DNA of 64,000 nt, taken from Utricularia gibba. Lineage: Eukaryota > Plantae > Magnoliophyta. The position numbers and the translations under genes were made by a program. The notes beneath the pieces are model-generated. The model did not search any database. It saw only the letters and a list, made by a program, of their open reading frames with translations, and was not told where the DNA came from. The first letter of the stretch is position 1. The number at the start of each line of letters is the position of its first letter. Shown here one piece after another: positions 38,249 to 52,252 of the stretch. Where the stretch lies: assembly GCA_002189035.1 (NCBI GenBank), contig NEEC01000002.1, positions 4,278,001 through 4,342,000 of the forward strand. Reading direction: 5' to 3'.

Positions 38249-39643
38249 TGGACATGACAGGATATTCACATAAGTTATAATAAACAAACTAGATAACATT
38301 CCAAAATAGTTATTAATGCATTCGATTTTGAACAAAAAAATTAAAAACTATAATAAAAACAAATCAATAGTATTTGAATTTTCATTAAATGAGTATACGT
38401 ATTTAAAATCTTTTTTGTATGCCTCATGATTACTTTCTCTCCTGGAAGTCCTATGCAATCGTCCCAAATTATCAAAATATGAATAAAAAAAATGAAAAAA
38501 AAACTAGAAATTTGGAGAAATCTTGAACATGAATTTATAACATCATGTGCGGCTTAAGTCTTATATAAAATCATTACTAGCATCATTACATCATCAGCGC
38601 AACAAGATAATCATCCAAATTCAATGCCAAAAAAATATACAATATATAAAAACAAAAGAAGGATAAATGAAAACATTTTTATGATATTTGAAATGTGATA
38701 TTCATTTTATTAAAATGTGAGATTGATGATTGCCATGATTTGTGAAATAAATAATAAAAGAATACGATCACATTAATGTAAGTTGAATGAATTGAAAATT
38801 GAAACCTTTTTGATCCTTTAAATCTTCCTGAATACATTTAGGGATCAATCTTCCTCCTCCTTACATCCAATAGGATACGATAGGAGCGGAGCCTCATCAC
38901 TTTTGCAACCCAAGGAACTACAAAATCGGTCTAGAATTCATCCATCTGTTGATGCAAAAGGAATTGTAAACCTAGACAACTAAGGTGTGGCTTAATTGAT
39001 CTCCATCCTGGTTTGATGCAAAAGTAATTGCTTGGCATGCTGATCGCAGAAACACACGTCTTCTCTGGTAGCATCAACGGGAGGGAGGGACCGCAACGTC
39101 TTCCCGCCATTGAACTCCATGAGCGTCTTCACGGCAGCCATAGATGTCTACTTTGGATGGTTCTTCCATCGGCGATCAAGGGTGTAATTACAAACATATA
39201 TTATCCCCTGTGTTGTCCTTCAATAAAGATTCTCATTGTTGTTACACCCCTCTGCACCACATCCTGCATTCATTCATTTGCACCACCCACACATGATGGT
39301 CTTTTCTCAAACACGAGAATTCGTTTCTTCAAGTGGGGGTTTGTTGTTTTTACACCGGATTTTTCTAAACATTTCAATGATGATTAAAGAAAACTTTAAA
39401 TAGAAAAACAAAGTAGTTACCCAAAAAAAAAAAAAACAAGAAAAGCCGGAGGTACTCACATACCAAAAAATTGATTTCACTATTGAAAAGATAAATAAAA
39501 TTCTAAATTTATATATTATCAAAATTGAATTTACAATGATATTTATCAAAAAATTGTGTTTATCATTCTTCCCTAGAAAATCTTCAAGAACGTTTTCTTT
39601 AATCAAGATTTGATTCTCTTTCCTTCCTTTTGCGTGTGTCTAT

Positions 39644-40804
39644 TGATGGTAATTCTGCAAGTGCATAGAAACCGTCAAAGTAATAAAATAAGATCGTATC
39701 CATAATGAATTGTTATTGGAATATTCTTTTCAAACAAAGATTCAAAAAGACCGAAAACAAGAAAAAGATTTGGTTTTGAAGAGAATAAGAAAGTGGCCTT
39801 GGATTTAAGATCCACCTTACTTGAAACTCGCCCTTGCGTGTGTGCAAACCTTGGGGGTGTTATTCTAAAGTAGTGCTACTCGGTGATAGTTATAGCACCG
39901 TCCCTTATTTTGTGGGATTATGGAATCAACCACGCCACCAGAGCCATTTCACCTCTTGTGATAACCCACATTTTCCCCACACCCGAATCTAACTTCTACA
40001 TCTCACACCTCGCAAACATATTAGACAGAATGTGTCTTACCAACGATGTCCGATTGAGCCCTTCTCCTTGGTACTTGAGGCCAACCTTTGATTCTCCCAC
40101 ACTCCCTTAGGGCTATATGGTACTAAAGATCACATTAGTAAAGAAAACGTTGCGAAAAACAAAATCAGACCTCAACTTAAATGTTGAAAAACATGGTAAG
40201 ACAGTCACACGCGCGGAACTTACGCAAGCAAGGCTTCACAATAGATCCTTAGCCGCAAGCGCTTACACGCGCATGCTTGACTCTAAACAACAAAAGTTGA
40301 TGAAAAACGAAAGGGAAGGAATCCAAAACATGCTAGACTCGACTCTAAACCCTAATTTGACTCTCTGGTCGTCCACCACTTCCTCTCTTCTAGGTCTTCG
40401 CGTTTGGATCTTTATATAATGGTGGGGATTTGTCGGGTTTTCTTGATGGTCTCACATCAAATCTTCTATCCGAATCTTCTAAGATTTGATACAAATTTTC
40501 TAGGATGAGATCCAAGTTTTCCAAGATAAGATGTGAATCTTATCTTATTCGAGAATCTTTGACCGAGTCTTCATTCGGATAGATCAAATCTTAGCCTCCA
40601 TCAAAGTAGCTCGAAAATCCTCCAAATTATTCTAAATTCGTCCTGAAAAATCACAAAACACACTTTCTCTCCAAAAAGATCAAAATAGTATGAAAGATAT
40701 AAAATTCTTCTAAAAACATAAGGGAAGTGAGATAAAAAGAATGTAAAACCCATCTAAGTGAATCCTAAAAAGTAAAAATATAAGTGACACAAAATCACTT
40801 ATCA
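39644..40804 (-). mobile_element. Solo LTR, Gypsy family C
   Basis: TG...CA ends; TSD TCTAT (39639-39643, 40805-40809); inverted homologue of 53003-54195. Confidence 0.9.
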
Positions 40805-41610
40805 TCTATTTGAAACCAAGAAATGGTTTCATTCTGGAAAAATGAAGAAAATGTTAGAACAAAGTTTTAAGAATCTCAAGAGTCAAGAGCAGCTCGCTCA
40901 TAAATCTTCAACAATTCTTGTTTCAACCAAAAATAGAGTTGATCTCGTTTCATCTATGTGACTTCCCTTGTAGTGTTATATTTCTCACCATAGCTTCAAG
41001 GAATAGTGATATGCCATGTTGAAATATTGTATTGGAAAATTAGAGTTGACAATCCCACATTGCTAGTTGAAATCCATTTCAACTAATTTATGTGAAAAGC
41101 CAAGTCAATATCTTTGATGAGATTGAGAATGAGTTGGGGCTCGCGTGCACATTGAATTCTAATTTATTAAATCGAATTGTGCTTCCAGAGAACTACGTGC
41201 AAGAGGAGTGCAAATCTACCTCAAAAGGCTCTTGCATATGTGCAGTCTAAACACACGTCTTGAATAGCTTTTTGAATTATGTGAATCATGAAATCTTTTA
41301 AGACAATGTTTTGCGTGCCTGGGAAGATTTTAATCTTTTATTCTTCTTTGTGTTCGATTTACAACATGCAAAATTGTGTTTAGGTAAAATGTTAGACATG
41401 TATCGAGGGAGGGGCTTTAGAAGAGTCATGAGGTATCGAATACCCCGCTTCCTCTTCTTATGGCCGCAAGGCTCTTGATGTCCCTTTACCTCAAGGGAAT
41501 GACAACAACTAATTCTCCTTCTGCTTAAAAACCAAGGTATATCCATGGGTTCCTCTGGGATGGGAATTTGGTGAAAAGAATTTTTGGCAATCGGAAGAGT
41601 GAGTATTGTT

Positions 41611-41633
41611 GGGTTGGGTTGGGTTGGGTTGGG
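41611..41633 (+). repeat. (GGGTT)n microsatellite with G-quadruplex potential
   Basis: GGGTTGGGTTGGGTTGGGTTGGG: five G3 tracts with 2-nt loops. Confidence 0.75.
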
Positions 41634-43095
41634 TGTGATGATACCCTCTCTCCCTCCCTCCGTCCCTAGCTTGGGGATGGCCGTACATGTCAGAGGAGTT
41701 AATGCCTCCCTCCTCCTTTTTATCAACTACGCAGTAAGTGGCAACAGGAGGGAGGGAGGGGAGGGAGTGGTCCTCTCGCAAGTTTCATCAACCAGCCCCA
41801 GCCCCACCCCCATGACCATACTTATTGCACTTGTCTCTGTAACAAAGATGTTTCTCCTGGCCTCCAACAGTCGCTAACTATTGCATCGCATCTTTTTTTC
41901 TTTTTTCTTTGTCGCCTGAAATGGGTTGTATTTTTTACTATCCCTCGGTGAAATGGCCACCATGGGCATCTATCTCACATGGGGATGGCCTCCAAACTTA
42001 CTTGCTGAGAGAGAGGACAATTCCCCCACTGGGTCCCGGAGTCGCACAAAAATTTTCAGTTTTACTGGGAGGGGGCGGGGGGGCGTAAAGTCTGAATCCC
42101 AGGTACGGAAAGGAAAAGAACAGGGACCATCCCATTCTATTATTACAACAACACAAGTCTTATAGAAATTGGAGGCTGCTTTAGACAACAAAATGACAAT
42201 CGAGATTAACTTGTATGGGGCCAAAAGACAGGCATTATACTCGGCGGCATCTCAAAAGCACCATGCCCTGCCCTTCCAAACCTTGGCTTTTAGTGACCTC
42301 CAAACAGTCACACTCACACTCACAGTCACACTCACAGTCGCTACGATTAATCTATATTTCTCTGCTTTCCCTAACCTTTTAATCAGCTTTTGATCTGGGC
42401 AAAACAGAAAGAATGGGATCCTTTTAGGCCAGGGAACCGTTTTCGATGGGGGCCTTCTTCTCCATCTCCAATTCAATTCATACTTAACCTGCCCCATACA
42501 CACACAGACCAGAAGCATAGGAAGGACTAAAAAAACTACATTGTAGCTGTGTGTTGTGTGTGTGAGTGTGTTTAACGGATGAAGTTTATAGGACCACTGA
42601 GATCTCAAGAGTTAAATAGCAAAAGTAAATAAAGAAAAATCCTTTTTACATTTGACCACATTTGGGAGTCGTATCTCTTTCGATGGAGTTAGTTGCTCTG
42701 CACTGCTCTAGTAATCCATTACTGGCTGGCGTGATTGTGATGTACCAGTTTTTGGGAGATACAAATATTAAATGCGGTGCTGTGAAAGAGTAAGAGAAGG
42801 AGAAGTTTGGTCCCAAATCTCAAAGAGCAGCAGTATTCAGTATAGATGATGCATGTGGTGATTCGGAAGAAAACTGATGGGATGGGGAAAGATGTTAGTA
42901 GTTTTTCTTTTACATAGCTTTTTGCCTGACTTGGAGCCATTCTCCCTTCTGAGAATGCTGCTCTGCTTCTGCTGCCCACCTTTTTCTTCGTAAGCTCATC
43001 TTTCCAGCATCATCTTCCACCATACAAACTAACTACCTCCGACATACAACACTCCCACTCAAATCTACACGCAGCTGCCGCGCTCCACTTTGTTT

Positions 43096-44151
43096 ATGCA
43101 TATGGCACTGAATCATCATGAATGGGGTGGTGATGGAGAAGACGAAGACTACATAGACATGGAATTGGGTTCTTCCTCGAGCAGAGAGTTTGAGTTCAAA
43201 ATGGACTTCATACGCCATGACAAGGAAACCGCCACTTATCCAGCAGATGAGCTTTTCTACAAGGGGAAACTCCTCCCTCTCCTCCTCCCTCCACGACGGC
43301 TCATGGTTCAAAACCTGCTCCGCCCATCTGCCGACGCCCACGGCGTCGCTGCTTCCACAGCATTGGATAATATTTCTTCAGAGCCAGAGCCGGAGCCAGA
43401 TTGTTATAGCTTCTCAATGCCGCTAAATGTTTGCCCCACAGCTCCATGTAGTAGAAGCTCCTTGAATTCACCGTTGGATATTTCTCCATCAGAATCCTCC
43501 AGGGTTAGCTGTGAGCTGAACCCTGATGAATATTTTGAATGGTCCACTGAATTAAGCAGCTTCATCAACATCAGTGATCGTCACCCCTTAAGGAAGCCAT
43601 GGTCGAAGAAGCTCAAGCTGATCAAGTACTCCCATCTAGGGCAGAAGCTGAGAGCCTCGAGAGCTTACCTGAAATCATGGTTCGCCAAGTCTGCTTGTTC
43701 CGACAAGATCTCAACCGAAGGTAACGCAGAGAGCGTCCCTGAACATGAAAAACTGCCCCAGGAAGAGGAGGGGTTGCCAAGTAAGTACACCAAGGTTTTC
43801 AAGAGAAAACCGTTCGGGAAAATTGCAAGTGCCCCTTGTCCACCTGCTGCAGCGATAGCTTCCATAATCAAGAATGTGGATAAAGACGGCAACTTGGAGG
43901 ACAACAGCCACCGAAGATCGTTCTCCGGCGCGATTAAGCGGCATTCTCCGAGCAAGTGCTTGTCAACGTCCTCATCTAACTCTTCCTCCTCCTCCTCCTC
44001 CACGTCTTCCATCAATTCAAACGGGTTTCATGAATTACAGCTTCTAAGGCGAAGCACAAGTATCACTGAGATTGAAAGCTCCATTGAGGCAGCCATTGCT
44101 CATTGCCGAAAGTCTCAACACGTCGTTGACCCTGAGCCCCAGACGAGTTAG
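43096..44151 (+). CDS. Membrane-associated kinase regulator (MAKR/BKI1 family, MAKR4-like), single exon
   Basis: YIDMEL, REFEF, PADELFYKGKLLPL.LPPR, KPWSKKLKLIK, SRAYLKS, RRSFSGAIKRH, Ser-rich tract, ESSIEAAIAHCRKSQ. Start ATG at 43096 or 43102. Confidence 0.9.
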   Translation: MHMALNHHEWGGDGEDEDYIDMELGSSSSREFEFKMDFIRHDKETATYPADELFYKGKLLPLLLPPRRLMVQNLLRPSADAHGVAASTALDNISSEPEPEPDCYSFSMPLNVCPTAPCSRSSLNSPLDISPSESSRVSCELNPDEYFEWSTELSSFINISDRHPLRKPWSKKLKLIKYSHLGQKLRASRAYLKSWFAKSACSDKISTEGNAESVPEHEKLPQEEEGLPSKYTKVFKRKPFGKIASAPCPPAAAIASIIKNVDKDGNLEDNSHRRSFSGAIKRHSPSKCLSTSSSNSSSSSSSTSSINSNGFHELQLLRRSTSITEIESSIEAAIAHCRKSQHVVDPEPQTS

Positions 44152-44594
44152 TTGATGTATTGTGAGAAAAATCCAGTCTTTGCCCAATATCCGCATTCAT
44201 TAAGTCTAGAAAATGGATCATTCATTGATTCGTGTCTCTCGTATTAGACATAATGATCAAATTCGGCAACCTGCAGAATCCAAGAAAAGGCATGGCTTGT
44301 TCACACAGGGCCTTAATTTGTCATATGGGCTACAAATCCGTACTTTTATATATATAAACAAAAAAAATAGAACAAATCTGGAGATTTTTCGGTTTTTTTC
44401 TCCCCTTCTTTTTGAACATGGTGTTACAGCACTTTTATATATAATCTTGTTCTTTTTGGATTGTGTTTCCCTTTGACTTCATTCTGTGTAAGCGACGATT
44501 ATCAAAGTCTATAGACGTTATCAATGGACAAAATGGAGAGATCTCTAATTATTTGTAATCTGTCATTTCTTTTGAAGATAACAATAGATACTTA

Positions 44595-44884
44595 GATAGT
44601 GTTTGGTTGATGGAAATGAAATAAAATAGATTTAATTTACTTGAGTTTACACAAAAATAATGTAATGAGATTAATTTTTTATATTGTGTTTAGTTATTAA
44701 AATTAGAAATGAGATTAAGTGGTGTTAAGTAAAGTAAAGAAGGATGTGGTTTTAAATAAACTCATGTACATGACATTAAAAAAAATACATGTAATTCCAA
44801 ACTTATTGAAAACTACCAACTAAACATCCTATAATTTATAATACTACTTTTAAATCCATATAATCCCATCAACCAAACACACAA
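44595..44884. mobile_element. Tourist-like (PIF/Harbinger) MITE
   Basis: 15-bp inverted repeat GTGTTTGGTTGATGG (44599-44613) / CCATCAACCAAACAC (44866-44880); AT-rich ~290-bp body. Outer bases and TSD are degenerate. Confidence 0.6.
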
Positions 44885-47138
44885 TAGGTAATTATAGTAC
44901 TCCACTAATTAATTATCCACTTACTAATACAAACTTAAATGAGTGGAGTCATTCAATGAAATTAGATTTAGATTGTAAGGATAAATTGGACTCTGTCACT
45001 AGTGAGATCTTCATACGTAAATATGATTGTCCCAATATTAGATCGTGGCAAGAGGCTGATAGCATGGTCCATTACTCACTATTACATGATATTTCTAAGA
45101 AAATTTAATTCCTATTTTTAATAAGGTAGTTACCGCATGTGAGATGTTGATTTCTTTTAAACTCATTTTAATGATCGAGGCACCTCGATTACATTTCGTC
45201 TTTTCAAAGAGTTGTTTGTATTGGAACAATGAAAAATGGATTTCGTGAATTCACTGGTAATTGCTCTTTTTATCATTTCTCACTTACTGTTTTGCATAGT
45301 TCATATTACTATTTTGATAATCATTATGCTGTTATTCATTGGTTAATTCAATTAGCAAGTGTGTAATGTCATATTATCAATGGTAATGGGTGGTTGACTC
45401 TTGTGCAAAAGCTCATATGATATAAAAGCAAGCTTATATGATATAAATGTCAATTCCTTTTATTCTCAAATTTTAGCTATCTATTCCAAAGTGTAGAAAG
45501 TTTTTTTTCATGCACTATATGAGATGTTTTTTTTAGACAATGTGATGAAATAATGAATAAAACTGATTGTCTTTCTCTTAATCCAATATTGCATAAATCT
45601 TCCTCTTTATCATGACATTTACATATGGGTCATGTCCCATCTCATGTTGAACGTCATTTGATTTTTTCTTGTAATTTAGGTTATCACCATTGTGATTTTT
45701 CAGAATTCACTAATATCCTTATGCTACAATTTTCTTTAAGTCAAAATTGTCCCTTGAGCATGTTTGTCTTCCATTGGTGAAAGATATATATGGGTCTATT
45801 GATAAAACTTTTTATCTTTGTTTGGTATTCAGTCATAATCCTATTTTCCTATTGCCTATAGGTTGGATGAAATTTTTTGGTAAAGGATTAAGGAAATTCT
45901 TTTTTTAATCAGATTACTATTTCATCAAATTAAATTCTCTTGTTTGCTAAAGAAAAAGCATTGAGTATTTTTCTTATTTTTTTTTATAGAATTCTAGTTA
46001 GTCGAATCCTTTGTTGAGTTCTATTCTACCTCTAAAAAAATATGGAAGCAACTAACTGAGTGTTTGGTTTTGATTTTAGTTGTAAACTCAACTAAGTTGG
46101 TGCAACAAAATGGATGTCTTTAAGTGTTTGGATATACCAAACAATGTTGAGTTGAACTCAACAATTGCTGGATCCAACTTATGCTAGAATAACTAATTAC
46201 ATAAATATTCCTGATTTTCCAACAAAAAAAATATTTTTTATACTTCAATCCTAATGCCTGTCATTAGAGTTCCATTGGTAGCATTTCCATCCAAGTTCTA
46301 TAGTTGTTGATTCGATTAGAAAATTACAAGATGATTCAAACTGTTTATGTTTGATTTAATGTCCTCTAGTACTTGTATTCTTTTGAATAGAGTTATTTTC
46401 CAGATCTGAATTAGATTTTCAAATTATTTTAGGTTTACACATGACGTGTTTTTTTGGTTATGCCTTTTTGTTCATCTTCAAAGATAAGGAAATTCTGATT
46501 AGTTTTAGGTTATGCGTTATGCTAAGTGTCATTTTTAGTTGTTTATAATGTATTATTAGGTGTTAATATAGTATTTAGTCGCCCAAATTAAGTGTCTTAT
46601 TGTTAAGCATTTGATTTTATTAGAAAATTCATTTTTTTCTATTTTGTATATATTTTCTTTGTCTTTTTCTTACACTTTGACCAAGATATGTCAGGAGAAG
46701 TATGAGGAGTGATATAAAAGTGAATTAGAACACTTATTTTAGGTACTTTTCATCTTTTGACACTTTTTTCTTATACTTAGAAGTTTTGGGTTCTTCCTCT
46801 TCTCCAAGAGAGGAAGAACACTTAGATTTCATTTTCGATTCTGTTTTTATGGCTCTTTGTGGCTAAACCCTTTTAGTTTCGGGGAGTAGATGAAGTTTCC
46901 TTCCAAGTCTTGAGCACTAAACTTGATTCTTCATTGAATTCACTTCAGATTTTGCATACTTCCATACATCTTGTTGCAGCCTTTAACGACTCATAGTCAA
47001 GGTCCATGAGTAGTAGGTCACTCCTCGTGGGTCTTGATAAAGAGCAAGGTGAAGAGCACCAACTTCAACCCTACCGGTTCGAGGGAAGTAGTGAATTGTT
47101 TGTGGTCGAGATACCGCGACAGTAAATAGGTAGTGACC

Positions 47139-48554
47139 TGATAAACATAAATTTTCCTAGTGTCGTTGCAAAAATAGAAAATTCGTTATCAAATAAATTT
47201 ATAGTCCCTAATCCTCATAAGATACAAATTAAATTGAAAATGCATAGTGGAATTCGGGGTCGATCACAAGGAGATGGTGCTTGCCAAGTGTTTTAGTAAA
47301 TGCATAATTCGGGATAACAGGAAGTCTTAGTCTAAGCTCAGAACAACAGTGGCAAACAAGTTCAGTAAACAAGATAAGTAAACAATATCAGGTCTTAACA
47401 CTAAGGTAACAGGTATTGGTTCTAACTTAGAATAATACTAACGTGCCTTAAGGATCTACAGGTGGTGTGGTGCCAAAATTCCTAATTTAACCTATCATAT
47501 TCCTACACTCACAACTTCAAATGACCTAAGTCTACCCAGGTCATTCATCATATTTTCGTCTAAGTTAGTCCCCCATATCATCATCAACATTGCAATTAGA
47601 TCTACCCGCATGCAAAGCATATAGAATTAGGTCTACCCGGTTCTACTAGTTCTACCCCGGACTAACACCTACTGCTCCCGTCTTGATTTGTTGGTCTACC
47701 TCTAAATCAAGCATCTAAGTTGTGAAGCCACTTGTTCCCCTCCTTAGGGTCTACCCATGGTTTGATAGAAACAAGAGCTAAGAAACAATGACCAATTTTA
47801 TTAAGACTCCTAGATCCACACCACCATGCTTCATCTTAAGGCACTCCTAGGGGTTTAACTACTTATGCTTTGAAGGTAAAAAGTGATGGCATTAATATAA
47901 AACAACGAAAATGTTAAGAACATAGTGCAGAAGTTAGTTGCAGAAGCTAAAAACATAAGCAAACGAAAATAAAGCAGTAAAGTTTTTGGATTCCGTCTGC
48001 CACTGTTCACAAGCCGGAACAGTGGCGTTGAACTGGATCTTGATCTTCTTCCTTCAAGTTGGAGATTCTTCTCCAGAAAAATCACTTTTCTTCTTCCTTC
48101 TCCTTCAGTTTCTTCGTGTTCGAGCTGGGGTTGGGGGAGAAACCCCCTCGTGTGTGTTTTCTGAATTCTGGGGTGAACTCCTCTCTTTTTGCGACTCTCT
48201 CTCCTCATCTTTTCTCTCACCTCCCACTGCCCAAGACAGATACATTCTCTGACAGATCTGCTGCTCTAGGCTTTGACTTGCAGACTATTGCCGTGACAGT
48301 GTACTCATTGCCCCTACACCTTGGTGACTTGCATGAAATCCAAATTTTTCCTTGATTCTTGGGTTGCTGCTAGACTCCAAAATCGAGTTAGACATGGGAT
48401 GGGCTAAATCAAAGGATTTAGCCCACTAATTACACTAAAAATCACATTTTCCTAAATTACATAAAAACACTTAAAATTATAAAATAAACACTTAAACATA
48501 ATTAAAAATTTATAAGTTTGCATATTCTAAAACATGAAAATTTGTGTGTTATCA
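47139..48554 (-). mobile_element. Solo LTR, family B, nested
   Basis: TGATAAACA...TGTTATCA; left flank TGACC, right flank TGCC (TSD with 1-bp loss). The host LTR rejoins as in the copy at ~26020-26050. Confidence 0.82.
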
Positions 48555-48688
48555 TGCCTCATGCCTACCACTGGTCATTGGCAACAACTGAGCATACGCA
48601 CACAATTTGGTTTTGAAGGCAATCAATAGCAATCCTTTTGTCTTCTCAATCATCTAAGGCGGAATTACGTGAGGCTATTTTCGTGCCT

Positions 48689-48810
48689 CCTTGTCAATCA
48701 GAGTGTAAGGGAGAGTAGATTATTCCTTTCCTTGTCAATCAGAGTGTAAGGGAGAGTAGATTATTCATTTCCTTGTCAATCAGAGTGTAAGGGAGAGTAG
48801 ATTATTCCTT
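48689..48810. repeat. Three tandem 41-bp units
   Basis: CCTTGTCAATCAGAGTGTAAGGGAGAGTAGATTATTCCTTT starts at 48689, 48730 and 48771. Confidence 0.92.
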
Positions 48811-51349
48811 GCTCCTATAACCAGCTATTCAAAAGGAATTAGTAAAAATCGATGCGAGGATAGACAAAGGAAGGGGACGGAATCTCATTCCTAGGAACTG
48901 CAACCCTTAGTCAAGATCCATTACTTAAGTTGTATTTTTATTTTTTATATTTCAAAAACCCCATTTTACAAATCCATAACACTTTGTAAATGTTTTCTAT
49001 AAAACACATTTCACAAAACTCAACTCCCTGAGATTGATACTTATACTATGCTCTTTTGTGTTCTACGGTTTATATATTTAAAATTTGTTGAAGAAACGAC
49101 ACGCAACACTTTATTTGTCTTATGTGTTTGTTATTGATCAAGAAGAAATGCTTGGCAAGAATAATGTAGCAACTAGGAAAAAGTTCTTGGACTTCACAAG
49201 ATGAGCCAATTGGAGAAGGTGACACCCAATCTGAGCAGCAGCAAAGGATGTTGCTTTCATCTACAGATATAGAGATTGTTGACCGAGATTATCATGGTAG
49301 CATAATAGAGTTACTTACCATTGTTCTCTTTCACAGCCAACATTTCAAGAAGTGTCTCCTCAGCCTGTCACTATAGCAAAGAAGAATAACAAATATCCTA
49401 CTCAATTAATTTATGATATCTTGCAATTATGGATAGCTATATAAAGCAAAAATCATAAATACACAACTTACAATCAACGATTATAGAAAGTTAGTGAAAT
49501 TCTAGGAAAATTTCATGATCTTCCACACTCCATCAAATTTAGGTTATTCAATATCAGACTCTTGGAAAATAAATTGTAATCTGTCAAAACAAAATTTCAC
49601 CTACCAGAGATATTCCAAATATTAAAATAGAATTATATGTTTTATTATACTTTTATTAAAGATATAATAGTCTTTTTACATCTATAAAAATTAATCCGAC
49701 TCAACCAACACAACAAATCTAAACAATATACCATTTTCAACTAACTACAAATACAACTCAACGCTACTCACTAACAATAACTACAACTTAACTCTAATTT
49801 TTATCCAAACTCCCTTTAAATCATCATGTTATTGTGTCCATTGGATGATGTTGTGCATTGAAGAAATCTCTTGAGAACTTTGACATAAAAATTACAATAA
49901 AAGTTATCGTAATAAGTTATGGTATTAATTGGAAATTTTTAAAATAAGTAACTATTTCATCAAATACAACATCATTCAGATATTTAATTTGATGAGGTAA
50001 TTTCTCACAATAAGAGTATTTTTTATTTGAATATCCATATTAATAGTGGTACATGATGGAAATGAAAACTCTTGTAATATAGAGATGTTAACCAATTGAA
50101 TGCATCACAACAAATGCAATCAATCTAGCACTTGGAGAAACAATAGGAATATTATATTAAAATATAACACAATTGATAAAAAAACTTTATAAGCAAACTA
50201 AGATAACAACCAATTTATGCAGAGAAATCTGTGACATTAGTCGCCAAAACATAATAGTCACAAATATGACTAGGGAAAATAACTAAATCACAACAGTCAC
50301 TATCATAACCATGTAATAACTAAATCATCATTACAATATAACATAACATAATAACTATATAAAATAAAAACAACAATGGCATGTCAATAGTGGTACGACA
50401 ATGCACTCCTTTGTAGAAGGATGTCCACTATAAATCCAAACCACATATTATCTCAATCAAGAAATTTTCAAACATGGTTATACCTGTGCGAAAGAATTTT
50501 GTTCTTTATTTTAAAATTTTGATTGAATAACTCATAATTTTCTTCTCTGATCCATAATTTTAGGGGTTTTCGGATAGGGTAAAATTTGATTTGAAGATAT
50601 GAATGAAGTTAATTTCAGCACTCATAAGAGAAGGAAAATGGATGAATACCCACGAGATGGTAGTTGGGAAAATGTATATACAAAATCGTCTCACCACTCA
50701 CAAAATTTTCACTCTTGTAACTAAAGGGGTGGAAGAAGGGCAAAAACGTTTAGAAAATTTTAGCACATGAACGACTTTGAGATAGCTGTTTGCTAAGTGG
50801 CTTTTGTAAAACCGAATGTGAAGCTTCTTTGTAAGTTCATGCACTCCAATGTGTTAACAAAATCCTGCATACCAAACACTCGTTCTTTCTTCAACACAAG
50901 AGTTTAGCCTTTTAAAGGGAGTATCACTCACCCAAGGTCTCCCTCTTTGCTATATGCAATGCAATGCAATATTCCCATATTTCAATATTTTGAAGACACT
51001 GTTTCAGTAGCTGCTGGTTCCAGCAACACTTCGGGTATCGTCAATAATAACAAAAAAAAAAAACATCTCCTCAAGCTGTGGCGCGATGCATTGATCCACG
51101 TAACATCTATGTGTGGGCAACCACGGGTTTTAGAGAAAGAGGGAGGAAGAGAGGGAGAGGGAGAGAGAGAGAGAAGCTTCAAAAACTAGTAGTTGGATCA
51201 CACGGCATCCGCGATTTTGCTGTATTGAAAACTAGAAGTTGGATCGATCAACAGACGCCAATCTCGGTGTGGCAAGGCCACTCAAATGAAAGGGCAGTTC
51301 AGTGTTCAGCTGTAAAGCAATCTCGAAGACGTCCAAGGCCAAACGAAAA

Positions 51350-52124
51350 TCACACACCAGTCCAACCTACAGTTTTATTTGTAGTGAACCCAGAAGGGAA
51401 GGCATCTTGTCGGGAAGGAGTGGGAGCAGGAGGGCGTGCTTCTCTGGGTCGTGCAGGATCCACGAAAATCACCCACCCATCAAGGAACTTGGCGTTCATT
51501 CCCTCCCTGGCCTTCTCAGCTTCATCCACAGCTTCATAAGTAATAAAACCGAACCCCTTTGATTTACCGGAGGCACGATCAATTATCACCTTCGCTGAAT
51601 GTCGAAAAGGAGGATACGCTACAGATAACCACACGAAACAAATCCATTCAAAGGAAAATGAAAAGAAATCAAAATACCTTCTACAAGCCTCCCAAATGGA
51701 GCAAATGCGTTGTACAGATTTTCATCAGTTGTGCTTCGAGAAAGGCCTGAGCAAGTAAAGGAAGCCAACAACATAAATATTTAGCCTTCAAGGTGCCAAC
51801 AGATTTTCAAGTGTTAGCATCCAGTTCTCCCTTATTCTCCAAAACTAGCAACTGGTGAAGAACCACAGCAGACCAATTCTACTAAACAAAGCTACCAGGC
51901 AATTAACCATCACACATCAAACAATTTCACTACTAATTACTGCAAGAGAGAAAGACTCGGCATAATTCGACATAACAAAAAGCCGAACCGCTAACGAATA
52001 GCTTTGGAGAGGTCAAAGTCGGGATCGTCGAGATGAGGCGAAAGGAAGCAAACTGTGAGCGTATACTCATGCAAGCTGTGGACGATCCCCTCAACACCCG
52101 ACGAAAGGCAGGGGCAAACGCCAT
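51350..52124 (-). CDS. ORRM2: Organelle RRM-domain protein, ORRM2-like (mitochondrial RNA-editing factor family), 3 exons
   Basis: Exons 52124-51989, 51746-51678, 51594-51350. Arg/Ser-rich presequence, TLTSPKLFVSGLSR, RNP1 KGFGFITY, MNAKFLDGWVIFVDPARPRE, GFTTNKTVGW. Symbol from remembered family motifs. Confidence 0.88.
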
Positions 52125-52204
52125 TCCTCTCCAGAAAAATTAGAAACCTAAAACCCTGGGGTCACCAGGATGAAGCCAAAATATTGCAGTGGAGATCCAG
52201 AGTA

Positions 52205-52252
52205 GGCCTTTGGGCCTGGAATTACACCATCAGTAGGCCCGGATAAGGCCCA
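52205..52252. promoter_or_regulatory. Site II-like (TGGGCY/RGCCCA) motifs upstream of the RRM gene
   Basis: TGGGCC near 52210 and GGCCCA near 52246, roughly 85-125 bp upstream of the ATG; such TCP sites are common in promoters of nuclear mitochondrial-protein genes. Confidence 0.5.

Larger units (their letters stand above)
46520..49108 (+). mobile_element. Solo LTR, family A, with a nested family B solo LTR
   Basis: TGCTAAGTGTCATTTT...GACACGCAACA; flanks CGTTA/CTTTA (one mismatch). Confidence 0.85.

Noticed and set aside
38800-39330. GC-richer stretch with a 119-aa ORF
   Set aside because: No recognisable motif in six frames; probably a TE relic.
41640-41770. CT-rich and GA-rich arms that might form a miRNA-like hairpin
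   Set aside because: The complementarity is low-complexity only; no known miRNA recognised.
46037-49815. Possible larger Harbinger-type element around the nested LTRs
   Set aside because: The GTTTGG-type ends match poorly and no TSD could be confirmed.
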